The translations under genes were made by a program, and so were the position numbers. Shown here one piece after another: positions 44,195 to 57,121 of a stretch of 62,591 nt of DNA (the stretch's first letter is position 1; every line of letters begins with the position of its first letter). Under the pieces are notes generated by a model, which saw only the letters and a program-made list of their open reading frames with translations, had not been told where the DNA came from and did no database searches. This stretch comes from Bacilli bacterium (lineage in GTDB: Bacteria > Bacillota_I > Bacilli_A > RF39 > UBA660). The stretch covers positions 1-62,591 of the forward strand of contig CAAGHJ010000053.1 in NCBI GenBank assembly GCA_900769635.1, in the 5' to 3' direction.

Positions 44195-44965
44195 TTACCC
44201 TATTTTTTCTATTGAATATATTTTTTTATTCTTTGAAGTTAATTTAAATCTAGTTAATTTCTTATAATTTTTTTCATTAATAATACTTTCTCCAGTTTCG
44301 TTGGTACCAATTTTTTTGCTTTTTTGGTAATCCTTATAAAAATCATATACATTTTTACCTTCTTCTATAGAATGCTCCATATATGCGATACTTATGTATT
44401 CGTAATACTCGTTTACAGTACTTAAATTTCTTTCTAATTTATATACATATATATCTACTATTGGTCCTGTATTACAATTAAACATTCCCATATAATTTTG
44501 AGAACTTCCGTCATATTTAAAACTTGGACATCCAGAAAAATTTTTATAACTTGTAAATTTTTTTTTATCAAAAAGTTTTTTTGAATATTCAATTACTTTA
44601 TCAATTGGAATTACTTTATATGTTTCATTCTCTTCTGTAATTTCTTCCAACTTACTTGTTTCTGATAATATTATATTATTTAAAGTGGCCGCTAATAAAA
44701 TATCTTCATCCATATTATTTATTATAATTTTATTTCCATTAAATACATAGTCATTTCTATCTTTTACAACTTTTCCTGCATATATAAGGTCCTGTAAGCC
44801 GTTAAAATTGCTAGCTGAAATATTTAAATATTCTTTTTTATTAGTAATATTTATTTCTTTGGCTTTGTTCAATTTTATTATGAGAATACTTAAAACTAAT
44901 ATTATTAATAATATAAGTATGAGTATTATTACTGATTTTGTCTTTATTTTTATTTTCTTTTTCAT
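44195..44965 (-). CDS. membrane-anchored hypothetical protein
   Basis: N-terminal KKKIKIKTKSVIILILILLIILVLSILII anchor. Confidence 0.55.
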   Translation of the reverse strand: MKKKIKIKTKSVIILILILLIILVLSILIIKLNKAKEINITNKKEYLNISASNFNGLQDLIYAGKVVKDRNDYVFNGNKIIINNMDEDILLAATLNNIILSETSKLEEITEENETYKVIPIDKVIEYSKKLFDKKKFTSYKNFSGCPSFKYDGSSQNYMGMFNCNTGPIVDIYVYKLERNLSTVNEYYEYISIAYMEHSIEEGKNVYDFYKDYQKSKKIGTNETGESIINEKNYKKLTRFKLTSKNKKIYSIEKIG

Positions 44966-45035
44966 TTCTTACCACCTAATTTAATGATACAATATAATAA
45001 CTATAATTACAAGTATTTATTACGTCTTTTAATAG

Positions 45036-45060
45036 AAAAAAAGTATAAGAAATCTTATAC
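45036..45060 (-). terminator. alpha-operon terminator
   Basis: GTATAAGA/TCTTATAC stem overlapping the rplQ stop, then T7 in minus sense. Confidence 0.6.
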
Positions 45061-45396
45061 TAATTCTATGATAACCTCTAATGCGTTATCTCCTTTTCTT
45101 TCTTTCATTTTCAATATTCTTGTATATCCACCATTTCTGTCTTTGTAACGTGGTGCTAGCTCATTAAATACTTTATTTACACAATTTTCATCATTATGTA
45201 AAAAGGCTAAGGCTAATCTTCTTGATACTAATGTACCTTTTTTTCCGTATGATATCATTTTATCAAAGCTTTTTCTAACCTCTTTTGCTCTTGTTTCAGT
45301 TGTTACAATTTTTTCATTCATTATTAATTGTTTTGTTAATGTTGCTAACATACTTCTTCTATGTTTGTTATCTCTTCCTAGTTTTCTATAAGCCAT
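45055..45396 (-). CDS. rplQ: 50S ribosomal protein L17
   Basis: [20 protein letters not shown]. Confidence 0.95.
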   Translation of the reverse strand: MAYRKLGRDNKHRRSMLATLTKQLIMNEKIVTTETRAKEVRKSFDKMISYGKKGTLVSRRLALAFLHNDENCVNKVFNELAPRYKDRNGGYTRILKMKERKGDNALEVIIELV

Positions 45397-45410
45397 TGTT
45401 ATCCTCCTTA

Positions 45411-46361
45411 CTAATCATCATTTCTAAAAGATAAGCCCATATTTTTTACCTTATCTATTACTTCTTTCAATGATTTTTTACCCAAATTTCTTATTTTTTG
45501 CATTTCATTTTCACTTTTATCCACTAAATCGTGTAATGTAAGTATACCTGCTCTTTTTAAACAGTTATATGCTCTTACTGATAAATCTAAATCATCAATT
45601 GATGTCTCTAGTACTTTTAAGTTGGGATCCTCTATTTTAGATACCATAAGTCCAGTTGCATCAGCTATTTCATTTAAATCCGATAAAACTTTAAAGTGCT
45701 CAATTAGAATTCTACTTGCCAAAGATATTGCCTCTTCTGGATTAATTGAACCATTTGTCCATACTTCTAATATTAATTTATCATAGTTGTTATTTTGTCC
45801 AACACGGGCATTATCTACTTCATAGTTAATTCTTTCTATTGGTGCATAAAGGCTATCTATTGCTATTACATTTGGTTTATTTACAAATAATTTTTTATTT
45901 TCTTCTGCCCTAGTATATCCTCTACCACTACCTATTGTCATTTCCATAGATAATCTTCCACCATCTGTTAATTCTGCTATAACTTGATCCTTATTTAATA
46001 TTTCTATGTCAGAATCTTTTTCGATATCTCCTGCTGTTACTACTTTTGGTCCGGTAACGTTTAATCTTAAAATTTTATTGTTATCGTGTGAATAATTTTT
46101 TATAACTATTGACTTCAAATTTAATACTATAGCAGTTACGTCTTCTACAACACCATCTATTTTTTGAAATTCGTGAGCTACGCCATCAATTTTTACAGAG
46201 GTTATTGCATCTCCTGGTAAACTTGATAGCATTACTCTTCTTAAAGCATTTCCCAATGTTGTTCCAAATCCTCTTTCAAGTGGTTCAATTTCAAATTTTC
46301 CATAAAAATTGCTTTTTACATATTCTTTTACTTTATATTCCGGTTTTTCAAACTTTAACAT
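45411..46361 (-). CDS. rpoA: DNA-directed RNA polymerase subunit alpha
   Basis: Start at MLKFEKPE after a GGAGTG SD; [20 protein letters not shown]; C-terminal [16 protein letters not shown]. Confidence 0.95.
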   Translation of the reverse strand: MLKFEKPEYKVKEYVKSNFYGKFEIEPLERGFGTTLGNALRRVMLSSLPGDAITSVKIDGVAHEFQKIDGVVEDVTAIVLNLKSIVIKNYSHDNNKILRLNVTGPKVVTAGDIEKDSDIEILNKDQVIAELTDGGRLSMEMTIGSGRGYTRAEENKKLFVNKPNVIAIDSLYAPIERINYEVDNARVGQNNNYDKLILEVWTNGSINPEEAISLASRILIEHFKVLSDLNEIADATGLMVSKIEDPNLKVLETSIDDLDLSVRAYNCLKRAGILTLHDLVDKSENEMQKIRNLGKKSLKEVIDKVKNMGLSFRNDD

Positions 46362-46381
46362 TTTTATACACTCCTTTTCTT

Positions 46382-46765
46382 TTAACCACGGCGTCTTTTG
46401 GGTGGGCGACATCCGTTATGTGGGATTGGTGTAACATCAGTTATTGATTTTACCTCTAATCCTGCTGTTGCGAGTGAACGTATTGCAGCTTCACGACCAG
46501 ATCCTAATCCTTTTACAAACACATCTACTGTTTTCATTCCCATATCCGCAGCTTTTTTTCCAGCAGACTCTGCTGCCATTCCTGCTGCAAATGGTGTTGA
46601 CTTTTTGCTTCCTTTAATTCCTTGTGTTCCTGCAGAATCCCAGCTTATTACATTTCCTTCTTTGTCAGTAATTGTTACAACTGTATTATTAAATGTAGCG
46701 TGAATATGTACTTCACCTTCTGGTACATTTTTCTTTACTCTTTTTTTTCTTGCTTTATAAGCCAT
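46382..46765 (-). CDS. rpsK: 30S ribosomal protein S11
   Basis: [30 protein letters not shown]. Confidence 0.95.
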   Translation of the reverse strand: MAYKARKKRVKKNVPEGEVHIHATFNNTVVTITDKEGNVISWDSAGTQGIKGSKKSTPFAAGMAAESAGKKAADMGMKTVDVFVKGLGSGREAAIRSLATAGLEVKSITDVTPIPHNGCRPPKRRRG

Positions 46766-46787
46766 AATTAACTTACCTCCTTATAAA

Positions 46788-47156
46788 TTATTTTTTCTTG
46801 TTTGCTACTACTTTTTTCTTTCCGCCTCTAGCAGTTACGGCGTTTCTATTTGTTCTTTGCCCTCTAACTGGTAATTTTTTCTTATGACGAATTCCTCTGT
46901 ATGAATTAATTTCCATTTGAGTTTTAATATTCATACTAACTTCTCTTCTTAAATCACCTTCAACCGGATATTTATCTACTTCTTTTCTTATTCTAGCTAT
47001 TTCGTCATCTGTTAAGTCTTTTGCCTTTGTATTTATATCTACCTTTGCGTCACTTAATATTTGTTTTGATAAATTTCTTCCAATTCCATAGATGTATGTT
47101 AGAGATATTTCTACTCTCTTATCGTTTGGTATTTCAATACCTTTAATACGTGCCAT
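46788..47156 (-). CDS. rpsM: 30S ribosomal protein S13
   Basis: [26 protein letters not shown]. Confidence 0.95.
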   Translation of the reverse strand: MARIKGIEIPNDKRVEISLTYIYGIGRNLSKQILSDAKVDINTKAKDLTDDEIARIRKEVDKYPVEGDLRREVSMNIKTQMEINSYRGIRHKKKLPVRGQRTNRNAVTARGGKKKVVANKKK

Positions 47157-47174
47157 AATTTCTTTCCTCCTATT

Positions 47175-47516
<342 letters not shown>

Positions 47517-47524
<8 letters not shown>

Positions 47525-48275
47525 TATTATCATCTCCTGTTAATATTTGATAGCCATCATCTGTTACTAATACAGTATGCTCAAAATGAGCAGATGGTCT
47601 ATTATCATAAGTAACTATTGTCCAATCGTCATCTAACATTGCTACTTTTCGTGTTCCAATATTAAGCATTGGTTCAATTGCTATTGTCATTCCTGATTTT
47701 AATTCTATTCCCGTGTTTGGTTTTCCATAATTCGGTACTTCTGGATCCTCATGTAAATGAGTCCCCACTCCGTGGCCAACCAATTCTCTCACAACACCCA
47801 ATCTATGTTTATGTGCGTATTTCTCTATAGCATAGCCTATGTCACCTAATCTGTTTCCTGCCTTTACCATTCTTAATCCTTCATATAAGGCCTTTTCAGT
47901 ATGTTCTAATAAATACTTTTTTTCTTCAACTACATCACCTATTGGATAACTCCAAGCTGAATCTCCATGATATCCTTTGTAACAGGCTCCTATATCTATG
48001 CTAATTAGATCTCCATTTTTTAATTTTCTATTTCCCGGTATTCCATGAACCACTTCTTCATTTATTGATGTACAAATACTGGCAGGAAAGCCGTTATAAT
48101 TTTTAAATGATGGAGTTGCCCCACAAGATATTATAAAATCATAAGCTATTTTATCTAACTCTTTAGTTGTTATTCCGGGCTTAAGGTATTTTTTTAAGTG
48201 CTGATGAGTTCTATACACTATATTACCGGCTTTTCTCATTAATGATATTTCTTGTTCATTTTTTATACTAATCAT
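47517..48275 (-). CDS. map: type I methionine aminopeptidase
   Basis: [28 protein letters not shown]. Confidence 0.95.
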
Positions 48276-48934
48276 TATTTTTTTAATATCCCCTCAATTT
48301 CCTCAAATATATCCATTGCACTTTTGTCTTTGGTTACCTTAATTATTTTTAATACTTTTTTATCTTGATAATAATTTATAAGATCACTTGTCTTTTCCAA
48401 ATATGTGTCAAATCTCTTTAAGAAAGTTTCCTTATTATCGTCACTTCTCGTATTTAATTTGCTAGAACATCTATCACATATTCCTTCAGTTTTGGGCTTA
48501 ACATCTTCAATTAAGAGATTATATGAGGCTCCACATTTAGGACATATTATTCTGCTTATTGTTCTTTCAAGGGCTAAATCTTTGTCTATATCCAGAAATA
48601 TAACTACGCCTAAGTCTTTATTCATTTTGGTTATTAGTGCATCATAGGCTATGGCTTGTTTCACATTTCTTGGATAACCATCCAATATGTATCCATCTTT
48701 ACAATCTTTTTCGATTAGTCTTTGTTCTAACAAACTTAAAACAACTTCATCAGTAATTAAATTACCTTGTTCCATTTCTTTTTTAATGCTTTTTCCTAGT
48801 TGCGTTTCCTTATTTATTTCATCTCTTAATAGGTCACCGGTAGATATATGAGGAATATTATATTTCTCACTTAATAATTTTGATTGTGTTCCTTTGCCAG
48901 CTGCCGGTGGAGCTATAAATATAATATTCTTCAT
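48275..48934 (-). CDS. adk: adenylate kinase
   Basis: PPAAGKGTQS, ISTGDLLR; zinc-lid CPKCG...CDRC. Confidence 0.95.
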   Translation of the reverse strand: MKNIIFIAPPAAGKGTQSKLLSEKYNIPHISTGDLLRDEINKETQLGKSIKKEMEQGNLITDEVVLSLLEQRLIEKDCKDGYILDGYPRNVKQAIAYDALITKMNKDLGVVIFLDIDKDLALERTISRIICPKCGASYNLLIEDVKPKTEGICDRCSSKLNTRSDDNKETFLKRFDTYLEKTSDLINYYQDKKVLKIIKVTKDKSAMDIFEEIEGILKK

Positions 48935-48935
48935 T

Positions 48936-50201
48936 TTATCTCACAACTCCTCTTCGGTAATTTCTATTTATTAACCTACTTTCCAATTGTCTATATGTTT
49001 CAAGGGCTACTCCTACTACTATTAATATACCTGTTCCTCCAACATTTACTGAGGATGGTAAATTTGTGTTTAGGAAGTTACTGAATATAATAGGTAATCC
49101 TGCAATTATTGATATAAATATTGCTCCTAAGAATGTAATTCTTCCTAATATTGTTTTTATATAATCCTGTGTTTCTTTGCCTGGCCTTATGCCGGGAATA
49201 TAACCACCTTGTCTATTTAAATTCTTCGATAATTCTTCTGGATTAATTTGTAAAAATGTATAAAAGTAACTGAAAAATATTATTACTATTATGTATACAA
49301 TAAATCCTTCTGGTGTTTTATAATTTAGAAACGTATTGGTAAACTTTACAAATCCATTGCTACTATCAAGCAATGTTGCTATAAAAGAAGGTACGGAAAA
49401 TATCACTGAAGCAAATATTACAGGCATAACAGATGCTGAATTTAACTTAAATGGTATATAGTTTTGTTTTGCACCATAAGCTGAAGATGTTTGATTTGAA
49501 TATTGAATTGGAACTCTTCTTTCTGACTTCTCTATAAACACAATTCCTAATATAATTGCTATATAAAATAGTACAAATAAGGTGAATGATACTATTCCTA
49601 TAAAAAGTTCTGTATTATTTAAAACGAGTGCTTTAAATGTATCTATAAACATACTTGGAACAGTATTTATAATACCTGCCATAATTAATAATGATATTCC
49701 ATTTCCAATTCCTTTGGCTGTTATTTGATCTCCAAGCCATAGTAAGAAAGCAGTGCCTGCGGTTAAAATGAGTGCTAATTTCATATATTCTAAAGCAGTG
49801 CCTCCCTTTACAAATGCTACAGACATCGCAAAGCCCTGTAAAAAGGCAATTGCAAGACCCATATATCTATTTATTTTATTTATTTTTTGTCTGCCCTCTG
49901 CTCCATTTTTCTTTAATTCTGTAAAGTATGGTACTATATCCATTTGAAGAATACCTGTTATGATAGATGCTGATATATAAGGCATAACTCCCAAAGCAAA
50001 TATAGAAAAGTTTTGTAAGGCTCCGCCTCCTATTGCATCATATAATTCCCATATTCCTAAATTTGATATTGCACCTTGTGTACCTGGAACTGGTATTGTA
50101 GTACCTACTATAAATATTAACAATATAAATAGTGTAAAATATATTCGTTTTCTTAAATCAGCATTTTTTTTACTAAATAGTAATTTAAAAGTTTTAAACA
50201 T
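48936..50201 (-). CDS. secY: preprotein translocase subunit SecY
   Basis: 10-TM protein; GVMPYISASI, GGYIPGIRPG. Confidence 0.95.
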   Translation of the reverse strand: MFKTFKLLFSKKNADLRKRIYFTLFILLIFIVGTTIPVPGTQGAISNLGIWELYDAIGGGALQNFSIFALGVMPYISASIITGILQMDIVPYFTELKKNGAEGRQKINKINRYMGLAIAFLQGFAMSVAFVKGGTALEYMKLALILTAGTAFLLWLGDQITAKGIGNGISLLIMAGIINTVPSMFIDTFKALVLNNTELFIGIVSFTLFVLFYIAIILGIVFIEKSERRVPIQYSNQTSSAYGAKQNYIPFKLNSASVMPVIFASVIFSVPSFIATLLDSSNGFVKFTNTFLNYKTPEGFIVYIIVIIFFSYFYTFLQINPEELSKNLNRQGGYIPGIRPGKETQDYIKTILGRITFLGAIFISIIAGLPIIFSNFLNTNLPSSVNVGGTGILIVVGVALETYRQLESRLINRNYRRGVVR

Positions 50202-50645
50202 CTAAATCACCTCTATTTTTCCACCAACTGATTCAATCTTTTCTTTAGCAGTATTTGAAAATTTATTTGCCTTTACTGTTAATTTTTTTGTTAATTTTCC
50301 ATTTCCTAAAATTTTTATTCCGTCTAATTCTTTATTAACAAGACCGCTTTCTTTTAGCATTTCAATTGTTACTGTAGTACCATCTTCAAATCTTTCTAAA
50401 TCGCCAACATTTACTACAGCATATACAGTTCTAAAATTATAATTGTTAAATCCTCTTTTTGATAATCTTCTAAATAGTGGTAATTGACCTCCTTCAAACC
50501 CTGGTCTTACCCCACCGCCACTACGAGCATTTTGTCCTTTGTGTCCTTTTCCAGATGTTTTTCCAAGTCCACTACCTATTCCACGTCCTACTCTTTTCTT
50601 TGATTTTACTGCCCCTTCATTTGGGCTTAATTCATGTAATTTCAT
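50202..50645 (-). CDS. rplO: 50S ribosomal protein L15
   Basis: [32 protein letters not shown]. Confidence 0.95.
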   Translation of the reverse strand: MKLHELSPNEGAVKSKKRVGRGIGSGLGKTSGKGHKGQNARSGGGVRPGFEGGQLPLFRRLSKRGFNNYNFRTVYAVVNVGDLERFEDGTTVTIEMLKESGLVNKELDGIKILGNGKLTKKLTVKANKFSNTAKEKIESVGGKIEVI

Positions 50646-51235
50646 TATCCTCTTAACTCCTCTACTGATTTACCTCTCAATTTTGCAATATGAGCAGGTG
50701 ATTTTTGAGCTTTAAGAGCATTTAGAGTAGCTCTAGCCATATTAATTTTAGTACTTGAACCTAAACTTTTTGATAATACATCTTTTACACCAGCTAATTC
50801 TAATACATCTCTAACAGGGCCTCCGGCTTTTACTCCTGTACCTTCTGTGGCTGGTTTTAACATTACTCTTACAGCTCCTTCTTTCATTATTATTTCGTGT
50901 GAAATAGTTCTATTATCTATCAATTCAACATTAATTAGGTTTTTAGTTGCTGCTTGTGTAGCTTTCTTTACTGCATCTGGCATCTCTTTTGCCTTACCAG
51001 TACCTATTCCGACTTTTCCTTTTCTATTTCCAACTACAACTGTGGCTGAAAAACGAAATTGACGACCGCCCTTTACAACTTTAGTTACACGGTTAATAGA
51101 GATAACTTTATCTTCAAGGTCACTTTTTGGTTTTTCCATTCTTCTAGGCTTTCTCTTATTATTTCTATTATCGCTATGCTTTATATTTTTATTATTTTTT
51201 TCTTCGCTACGTGCATTATTTACTTTTTCTTGCAT
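50645..51235 (-). CDS. rpsE: 30S ribosomal protein S5 (with a ~30-aa basic N-terminal extension)
   Basis: [27 protein letters not shown]. Its stop overlaps the rplO ATG by 1 nt. Confidence 0.95.
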   Translation of the reverse strand: MQEKVNNARSEEKNNKNIKHSDNRNNKRKPRRMEKPKSDLEDKVISINRVTKVVKGGRQFRFSATVVVGNRKGKVGIGTGKAKEMPDAVKKATQAATKNLINVELIDNRTISHEIIMKEGAVRVMLKPATEGTGVKAGGPVRDVLELAGVKDVLSKSLGSSTKINMARATLNALKAQKSPAHIAKLRGKSVEELRG

Positions 51236-51250
51236 AGGTTTTCCTCCTTA

Positions 51251-51613
51251 TTAGAATTCTAATCCATTTTCACGTGCAGCATCAGCTAGTGCTTTTACAC
51301 GTCCATGGTACAAGTATCCGCCTCTATCGAATACTACTTTTGATATTTTAGCTTTTTTCGCTCTTTTTGCTAATTCTGCTCCTACTGTTTTTGCTGCTTC
51401 AATATTTCCTCCGTTATTTATTTTTAGCTCTTTTTCTAGTGTTGAAGCACTTACTAATGTGATGCCTTTTTCATCATCAATTATTTGAGCAGTAATATTA
51501 GAGTTTGAACGAAATACGTTTAATCTTGGTCTTTCATTTGTACCGCTTAGATTTTCTCTTACTCTCTTATGTCTTATTAAACGCATTTTGTTTCTTGAGA
51601 CTTTATTTATCAT
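51251..51613 (-). CDS. rplR: 50S ribosomal protein L18
   Basis: [31 protein letters not shown]. Confidence 0.95.
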   Translation of the reverse strand: MINKVSRNKMRLIRHKRVRENLSGTNERPRLNVFRSNSNITAQIIDDEKGITLVSASTLEKELKINNGGNIEAAKTVGAELAKRAKKAKISKVVFDRGGYLYHGRVKALADAARENGLEF

Positions 51614-51633
51614 AAGATTTCTCTCCTTTACTA

Positions 51634-52173
51634 TTATTTAGATGCCTTTTTTCCTTCTTTACGACGGATTTGTTCACCCTTATATCTTATTCCTTTGCCT
51701 TTATATGGTTCAGGTTCACGCACTTTACGTACATTTGCAGCAAATTCTCCTACTAAGCATTTATCAATTCCTTCTATTTCTATTTCATTGTTACTAATGC
51801 CTTTTATTGATAAGCCTGTTGGAACATCCATTTTTACTGGATGAGAGTATCCAGCACCTATTGTTAGAGTATTTCCGCTTACTGTGAAACGATATCCTAC
51901 ACCTATTATCTCTAATCCTTTTTTGTATCCTTCACTAACACCAATTATCATGTTATTTATGTTGGCATTTGTTGTACCGTGCATTTTATTTGTAAATTTA
52001 TCATCTTTTATTTTTTCAACAGTTAACTTATTATCATCAACAACTACTTTAAGTGTTTTAATTAAATCTAACTTTAACTCTCCTTTTGGTCCTCTTACGA
52101 TAACTTCATTATCTGTTACATCTACATTAACATTTTCTGGTATTGTTAAAATTCTTTTTCCAATACGACTCAT
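51634..52173 (-). CDS. rplF: 50S ribosomal protein L6
   Basis: [15 protein letters not shown] after a GGAGG SD; YKGKGIRY. Confidence 0.95.
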   Translation of the reverse strand: MSRIGKRILTIPENVNVDVTDNEVIVRGPKGELKLDLIKTLKVVVDDNKLTVEKIKDDKFTNKMHGTTNANINNMIIGVSEGYKKGLEIIGVGYRFTVSGNTLTIGAGYSHPVKMDVPTGLSIKGISNNEIEIEGIDKCLVGEFAANVRKVREPEPYKGKGIRYKGEQIRRKEGKKASK

Positions 52174-52184
52174 AATATTCCTCC

Positions 52185-52565
52185 TTACCAAACGTATGCA
52201 ATTACTTCTCCACCAACGTTATTTTTTCTAGCTAATCTATCAGTCATAACGCCTTTTGGTGTTGATATAATTGCAATTCCTAAACCGTTTAACACTGTAG
52301 GTAACTCAGATGCGGAAACGTATACTCTTAGTCCTGGTTTAGAAATTCTTTTTAGTCCTGTAATTACTCTCTCTTTATTTTCGGCATATTTTAAAGTTAA
52401 TGTTAATGTATTATCTTTTACTTTAAATTCTGTAATGTAACCTTCCTCTTTCAATATTTTTGCTATTTCTGTCTTCATTTTTGAAGTAGGCATAACAACT
52501 TCTTTATTACGCATTACATTAGCATTACGAATTCTTGTAAGCATATCTGCGATTGGATCTGTCAT
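52185..52565 (-). CDS. rpsH: 30S ribosomal protein S8
   Basis: [15 protein letters not shown]. Confidence 0.95.
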   Translation of the reverse strand: MTDPIADMLTRIRNANVMRNKEVVMPTSKMKTEIAKILKEEGYITEFKVKDNTLTLTLKYAENKERVITGLKRISKPGLRVYVSASELPTVLNGLGIAIISTPKGVMTDRLARKNNVGGEVIAYVW

Positions 52566-52593
52566 TTGAATCCCTCCTTCTTTTATTTTGGTT

Positions 52594-52779
52594 TTACCAA
52601 CTTGATTTTTTAACGCCTGGTATTTGTCCTTTATGTGCTAATTCTCTAAAACAAATACGACATATCCCAAATTTTTTAAGTACGGCATGCGGTCTTCCAC
52701 ATCTTGAACAACGAGTGTACTTTCTAACTTCAAATTTAGGTTCTCTCTGTGATTTTACAATCATTGATTTTCTTGCCAT
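52594..52779 (-). CDS. rpsN: 30S ribosomal protein S14 type Z (zinc-binding)
   Basis: 61 aa; [10 protein letters not shown]...GICRICFRE. Confidence 0.95.
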   Translation of the reverse strand: MARKSMIVKSQREPKFEVRKYTRCSRCGRPHAVLKKFGICRICFRELAHKGQIPGVKKSSW

Positions 52780-52790
52780 TGTTTTCCTCC

Positions 52791-53330
52791 TTATTTCCTA
52801 AAAGGAACTCCAAGTTCTTTTAATAAGTCATAAGCTTCTTCGTTTGTTTTTGCAGTAGTTACGATAACAATGTCCATTCCCCTTACTTTTTCTATTTCAT
52901 CATAGTTTATTTCTGGAAATATCAATTGCTCTTTAATTCCTATAGTATAATTTCCTCTACCATCAAAACTTTTTGGTGATAATCCCCTAAAGTCTCTTAC
53001 ACGTGGTAACCCAATTGATATTAACTTATCTAGAAAATCATACATTTTTTCTCCTCTTAAAGTTACTTTACAACCAATTTTGTGTCCTTCTCTTACTTTA
53101 AAAGCAGCTATTGATTTTTTAGCCTTAGTCTCAACTGGTTTTAATCCTGTTATTTTTTCTAGATCTGCTAAAGCATTTTCTAAATTCTTAGAATTACTTA
53201 TTGCATCTCCTACTCCCATATTTACTACTATTTTTTCTATTTTAGGAACTAACATTACTGTTTTATAACCGTGCTTTTCTTTTAAACTTGGAACAACTTC
53301 ATTTTTATACTTTTCTTCTAGGCGGTTCAT
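52791..53330 (-). CDS. rplE: 50S ribosomal protein L5
   Basis: [12 protein letters not shown]...[11 protein letters not shown]. Confidence 0.95.
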   Translation of the reverse strand: MNRLEEKYKNEVVPSLKEKHGYKTVMLVPKIEKIVVNMGVGDAISNSKNLENALADLEKITGLKPVETKAKKSIAAFKVREGHKIGCKVTLRGEKMYDFLDKLISIGLPRVRDFRGLSPKSFDGRGNYTIGIKEQLIFPEINYDEIEKVRGMDIVIVTTAKTNEEAYDLLKELGVPFRK

Positions 53331-53350
53331 ACAAACGCCCTCCTTCCAAA

Positions 53351-53656
53351 TTAGTCAATCTTTTCTTTAGATTTTTTAGAAATTCTTATTTTCTTACCAT
53401 TCTTATCTATTTCGTGTCCTATCCTTGTAGGTTTCTTTGTTTTTGGATCTGCTATCATTACGTTAGATACGTGAATTGGTGCTTCTGTTTCAACTATTTC
53501 ACCAGTTCCATTATTATTTTTAGGTTTTAAGTGTTTTTTTCTTAAATTTACACCTTCAATAATAACTTTATCTTCTAACTTTTTGATAATTTTTCCTTCT
53601 TTACCTTTATTAGAACCGGCAATCACTATTACTTTATCGCCTGTTTTTAATTTCAT
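53351..53656 (-). CDS. rplX: 50S ribosomal protein L24
   Basis: [23 protein letters not shown]. Confidence 0.95.
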   Translation of the reverse strand: MKLKTGDKVIVIAGSNKGKEGKIIKKLEDKVIIEGVNLRKKHLKPKNNNGTGEIVETEAPIHVSNVMIADPKTKKPTRIGHEIDKNGKKIRISKKSKEKID

Positions 53657-53680
53657 GTTTCTTCCTCCTTAACATTTAGG

Positions 53681-54049
53681 TTATAGCACTTCTTTGGCTA
53701 AACTTACAATCTTCGAAAATTCTTTATCTCTAAGTTCGCGTGCTACTGGTCCCAAAACACGAGTACCAATTGGAGATTTATCGTCTTTTATAATAACACA
53801 AGCATTATCATCAAATTTTATATAACTTCCGTCATCTCTTTTTACTCCAAACTTACTTCTAACAATTACGGCTTTTACGACTTTACCTTTTTTTATGTTT
53901 CCATTAGGAGTAGCTTTTTTTACTGTACCAACGACAATATCACCAATATTTCCTGTTTTTACTTTACTTCCACCAAGAACTCTAATTACTAATAATTCAC
54001 GAGCCCCACAGTTATCTGCAACTTTTAGACGGGTTTCTTGTTGTACCAT
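53681..54049 (-). CDS. rplN: 50S ribosomal protein L14
   Basis: [27 protein letters not shown]. Confidence 0.95.
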   Translation of the reverse strand: MVQQETRLKVADNCGARELLVIRVLGGSKVKTGNIGDIVVGTVKKATPNGNIKKGKVVKAVIVRSKFGVKRDDGSYIKFDDNACVIIKDDKSPIGTRVLGPVARELRDKEFSKIVSLAKEVL

Positions 54050-54069
54050 TTTATTTTCCTCCTTCCGGG

Positions 54070-54330
54070 CTAAAGGATTATAGCCTTTTCAATAACTTCT
54101 GCTAAAGCATATCTCTTGGTTTTAGATAGTGGTCTAGTTGCAACCAATCTTACCTTATCGCCAATTTTAGCAGTATTTTCTTCATCGTGAGCTGTATATT
54201 TTTTTGAATATTTAACTCTCTTATTGTATAAAGGGTCTTTTTTATAAGTTTCTACTTTAACTGTTATTGTTTTATCAGCCTTATCGCTTACAACAATACC
54301 AACTAATTCTCTTTTCTTCTTCTCGTTCAT
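54070..54330 (-). CDS. rpsQ: 30S ribosomal protein S17
   Basis: [18 protein letters not shown]....PLY.KRV. Confidence 0.95.
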   Translation of the reverse strand: MNEKKKRELVGIVVSDKADKTITVKVETYKKDPLYNKRVKYSKKYTAHDEENTAKIGDKVRLVATRPLSKTKRYALAEVIEKAIIL

Positions 54331-54341
54331 GAAAATCCTCC

Positions 54342-54536
54342 TTACCCTTCTATTTCTCTTTCTTTAAGAATTGTTTTAATGCGTGCTACTGTTTTTCTTA
54401 GTTCTTTAATTCTGCCTGTATTTTCTAGTGTTCCTGTAGCTTGTTTCATTCTCAAATTAAATAGTTCTTGTTTACAATCATTAATTTTTGTATTTAATTC
54501 TTCAGTGGATAATTTTCTAATTTCATTAATCTTCAT
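54342..54536 (-). CDS. rpmC: 50S ribosomal protein L29
   Basis: [14 protein letters not shown]...[14 protein letters not shown]. Confidence 0.95.
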   Translation of the reverse strand: MKINEIRKLSTEELNTKINDCKQELFNLRMKQATGTLENTGRIKELRKTVARIKTILKEREIEG

Positions 54537-54954
54537 TTAATTCACCACTTTCTTTGGTTACAAATTTACATTTAATTGGTAATTTATGAGATGCTAATCT
54601 TAGTGCTTCACGGGCTACTTGCTCATCAACTCCACCAATTTCAAACATAATTTTTCCTTCTTTTACAACGGCAACCCAAACTTCTGGATTTCCTTTACCT
54701 TTACCTTGTCTTGTTTCAAGAGGCTTTTTAGTTAATGAAAGGTTAGGGAATATATTAATCCATACTTTTCCCCCACGTTTCATATATCTTGTCATTGCTA
54801 TTCTGGCTGCTTCAATTTGCTGTGATGTAATCCAAGCACCTTCTTTAGCCATAAGACCGTATTCTCCAAAATGTAACTCTTTATTTCCTCTGGTTTTGCC
54901 TTCGTATTTTAAACGGAAGGTTTTTCTATGCTTTGTTCTTTTTGGCATTAACAT
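54526..54954 (-). CDS. rplP: 50S ribosomal protein L16
   Basis: [11 protein letters not shown] after a GGAGG SD. Confidence 0.95.
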   Translation of the reverse strand: MLMPKRTKHRKTFRLKYEGKTRGNKELHFGEYGLMAKEGAWITSQQIEAARIAMTRYMKRGGKVWINIFPNLSLTKKPLETRQGKGKGNPEVWVAVVKEGKIMFEIGGVDEQVAREALRLASHKLPIKCKFVTKESGELNED

Positions 54955-55600
54955 TAGTATTACCTCCCTTTTCATCTAGTATTTCACCTTTATATATCCA
55001 TACCTTAACTCCAATTTTACCATAAGTTGTATCTGCTTCGCTTGTTGCATAATCTATATTGGCTCTTAATGTATGAAGGGGAATTGTTCCTTCTGAATAT
55101 CCTTCACCTCTTGCAATATCTGCTCCACCTAAACGTCCAGATACTAAAGTTTTTATTCCTTTTGCTCCAGCTTTCATTGTGTTCCTTATTGCTTTTTTCT
55201 GTGCAACTCTAAATGATACACGATTTTCAATATTATGAGCAATTGTATCTGCAACTACTTGTGCTACTACATCAGGATTTTTTATTTCTATTACTGATAT
55301 TTGGACGTCTTCACCAACTAGTTTTGATACATCTTTTTTTACTTTTTCTATTTCAGTTCCGCTCTGGCCAATGATTAGTCCTGGTTTAGAAGCATGGATG
55401 AATATTTCACATCTTTTTTTGTTTCTTTCAATAACAATATGGGAAATTCCTGCTAATTTAAACTTTTTGTTTAAAAATTTACGAATCTTTACATCGTTGT
55501 TTAGGTACTTGGAAAAGTCTTTGTTATTTGCATACCATTTTGATTCCCAATCTTTATTGATTCCTATTCTAAGTCCTACCGGACTGACTTTTTGTCCCAT
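54926..55600 (-). CDS. rpsC: 30S ribosomal protein S3
   Basis: [24 protein letters not shown]. Confidence 0.95.
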   Translation of the reverse strand: MGQKVSPVGLRIGINKDWESKWYANNKDFSKYLNNDVKIRKFLNKKFKLAGISHIVIERNKKRCEIFIHASKPGLIIGQSGTEIEKVKKDVSKLVGEDVQISVIEIKNPDVVAQVVADTIAHNIENRVSFRVAQKKAIRNTMKAGAKGIKTLVSGRLGGADIARGEGYSEGTIPLHTLRANIDYATSEADTTYGKIGVKVWIYKGEILDEKGGNTNVNAKKNKA

Positions 55601-55614
55601 TGTAGGTTCCTCCT

Positions 55615-55962
55615 TTACTTATTTCTCTCACTTACAATTACTGTAATATGACTTGTTTTATGATCGTTTCTTCCAACGTGTCCTCTTGAATCCATTTTAG
55701 CTCTTTTCATTACTAATCCTTCATCAACATAACACGCTTTAACATATAATTTTTCTTCATCTAAATTATTGTTATTTATAGCATTGCTTACAGCAGAATT
55801 TAATACTTTTTCTATTACTCTAGCGGCTCTTTGAGGTTGATTTTGTAATATTGCATAAGCATCACTCACATTTTTACCTCTAATTAGATCTATTACTAAT
55901 CTTGTTTTTCTAGGGGCTATTCTTACTGTTCTAGCTACTGCTTTTACTTCTGTATTCATCAT
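55615..55962 (-). CDS. rplV: 50S ribosomal protein L22
   Basis: [24 protein letters not shown]. Confidence 0.95.
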   Translation of the reverse strand: MMNTEVKAVARTVRIAPRKTRLVIDLIRGKNVSDAYAILQNQPQRAARVIEKVLNSAVSNAINNNNLDEEKLYVKACYVDEGLVMKRAKMDSRGHVGRNDHKTSHITVIVSERNK

Positions 55963-55977
55963 AGTCCTCCTTTTGGA

Positions 55978-56253
55978 TTATTTTTTCTTATTTTTATCTG
56001 CTCCGTGTCCACCAAACTTACGTGTTGGTGAAAACTCTCCTAATTTATGACCTACCATATCTTCTGTTACATAAACTGGTATAAATTCTTTACCGTTATG
56101 TACTGCAAAAGTGTGTCCAATAAAATCAGGATAAATTGTTGAACGACGAGACCAAGTTTTTATTACTTCTTTTTTGCCAGTTTCATTTAATACTTTGACT
56201 TTATTTAATAATCTTTCAAAGACATAAGGTCCTTTTTTTAAACTTCTTGCCAT
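55978..56253 (-). CDS. rpsS: 30S ribosomal protein S19
   Basis: [11 protein letters not shown]...[19 protein letters not shown]. Confidence 0.95.
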   Translation of the reverse strand: MARSLKKGPYVFERLLNKVKVLNETGKKEVIKTWSRRSTIYPDFIGHTFAVHNGKEFIPVYVTEDMVGHKLGEFSPTRKFGGHGADKNKKK

Positions 56254-56270
56254 TTTTAATCATCCTTTCT

Positions 56271-57104
56271 TTATTTTTTCTTACGACGAGTAACAATATA
56301 TTTGTCTGATTCTTTTTTATTTTTTCTTGTTTTTAATCCAAGTGCTGGTTTTCCCCAAGGAGTCATAGGACCACTTCTACCTATTGGTGCACGTCCTTCT
56401 CCTCCTCCGTGTGGGTGGTCATTAGGGTTCATAACAGAACCACGTACTGTAGGTCTAATTCCTTTATATCTATTTCTACCAGCTTTTCCTATCTTAACTA
56501 ATCCGTAATCTTCATTACCAACACTACCAATGGTTGCACGACACGTTCCTAAAATCTTTCTAGTTTCACCACTTGATAATCTTATTAATACATATTTATC
56601 TTCACGTCCTAAAATTTGAGCAGAACTACCCGCACTTCTGGCTAGTTGTCCACCTTTTCCTGGTCTCAACTCTATATTATGAATTATTGTTCCAACCGGA
56701 ATATTCATTATTGGTAAGGCATTACCAATTTTTATATCTGCATTTACTCCACTTTCAACCACATCTCCGACTTTTAATCCTTTTGGAGCTATTATATATG
56801 CTTTTTCTCCATCACGATAATTTATTAAAGCTATGTTTGAACTTCTGTTTGGATCATACTCTATGCTGCTTACAATTGCTGTAATTCCATCTTTAACTCT
56901 TTTAAAATCGATTAGACGATATTTTCTTTTTACACCGCCACCACGATGTCTTACAGTTATTCTACCTTGATTGTTTCTTCCGTTTGTTTTTTTCTTTGTA
57001 ACTAATAATCCTTTCTCAGGAGCTTTTTTGGTAATCTCTTCGCTTGTAAGTACACTTCTTTGTCTTGAACCATTCGTAATTGGTTTATATACTCTTATTG
57101 CCAT
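56271..57104 (-). CDS. rplB: 50S ribosomal protein L2
   Basis: [14 protein letters not shown]; [18 protein letters not shown]. Confidence 0.95.
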   Translation of the reverse strand: MAIRVYKPITNGSRQRSVLTSEEITKKAPEKGLLVTKKKTNGRNNQGRITVRHRGGGVKRKYRLIDFKRVKDGITAIVSSIEYDPNRSSNIALINYRDGEKAYIIAPKGLKVGDVVESGVNADIKIGNALPIMNIPVGTIIHNIELRPGKGGQLARSAGSSAQILGREDKYVLIRLSSGETRKILGTCRATIGSVGNEDYGLVKIGKAGRNRYKGIRPTVRGSVMNPNDHPHGGGEGRAPIGRSGPMTPWGKPALGLKTRKNKKESDKYIVTRRKKK

Positions 57105-57121
57105 TTTATTTCCTCCTTACA

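Noticed and set aside
46362-46412. 5' extensions of track ORFs for rpoA (and likewise rplF, rplP, infA, the PHP gene, the 657-aa surface protein, and 35680..36075)
   Set aside because: Internal ATGs with proper SD spacing reproduce the conserved N-termini. The extensions overlap upstream genes or lack an SD.
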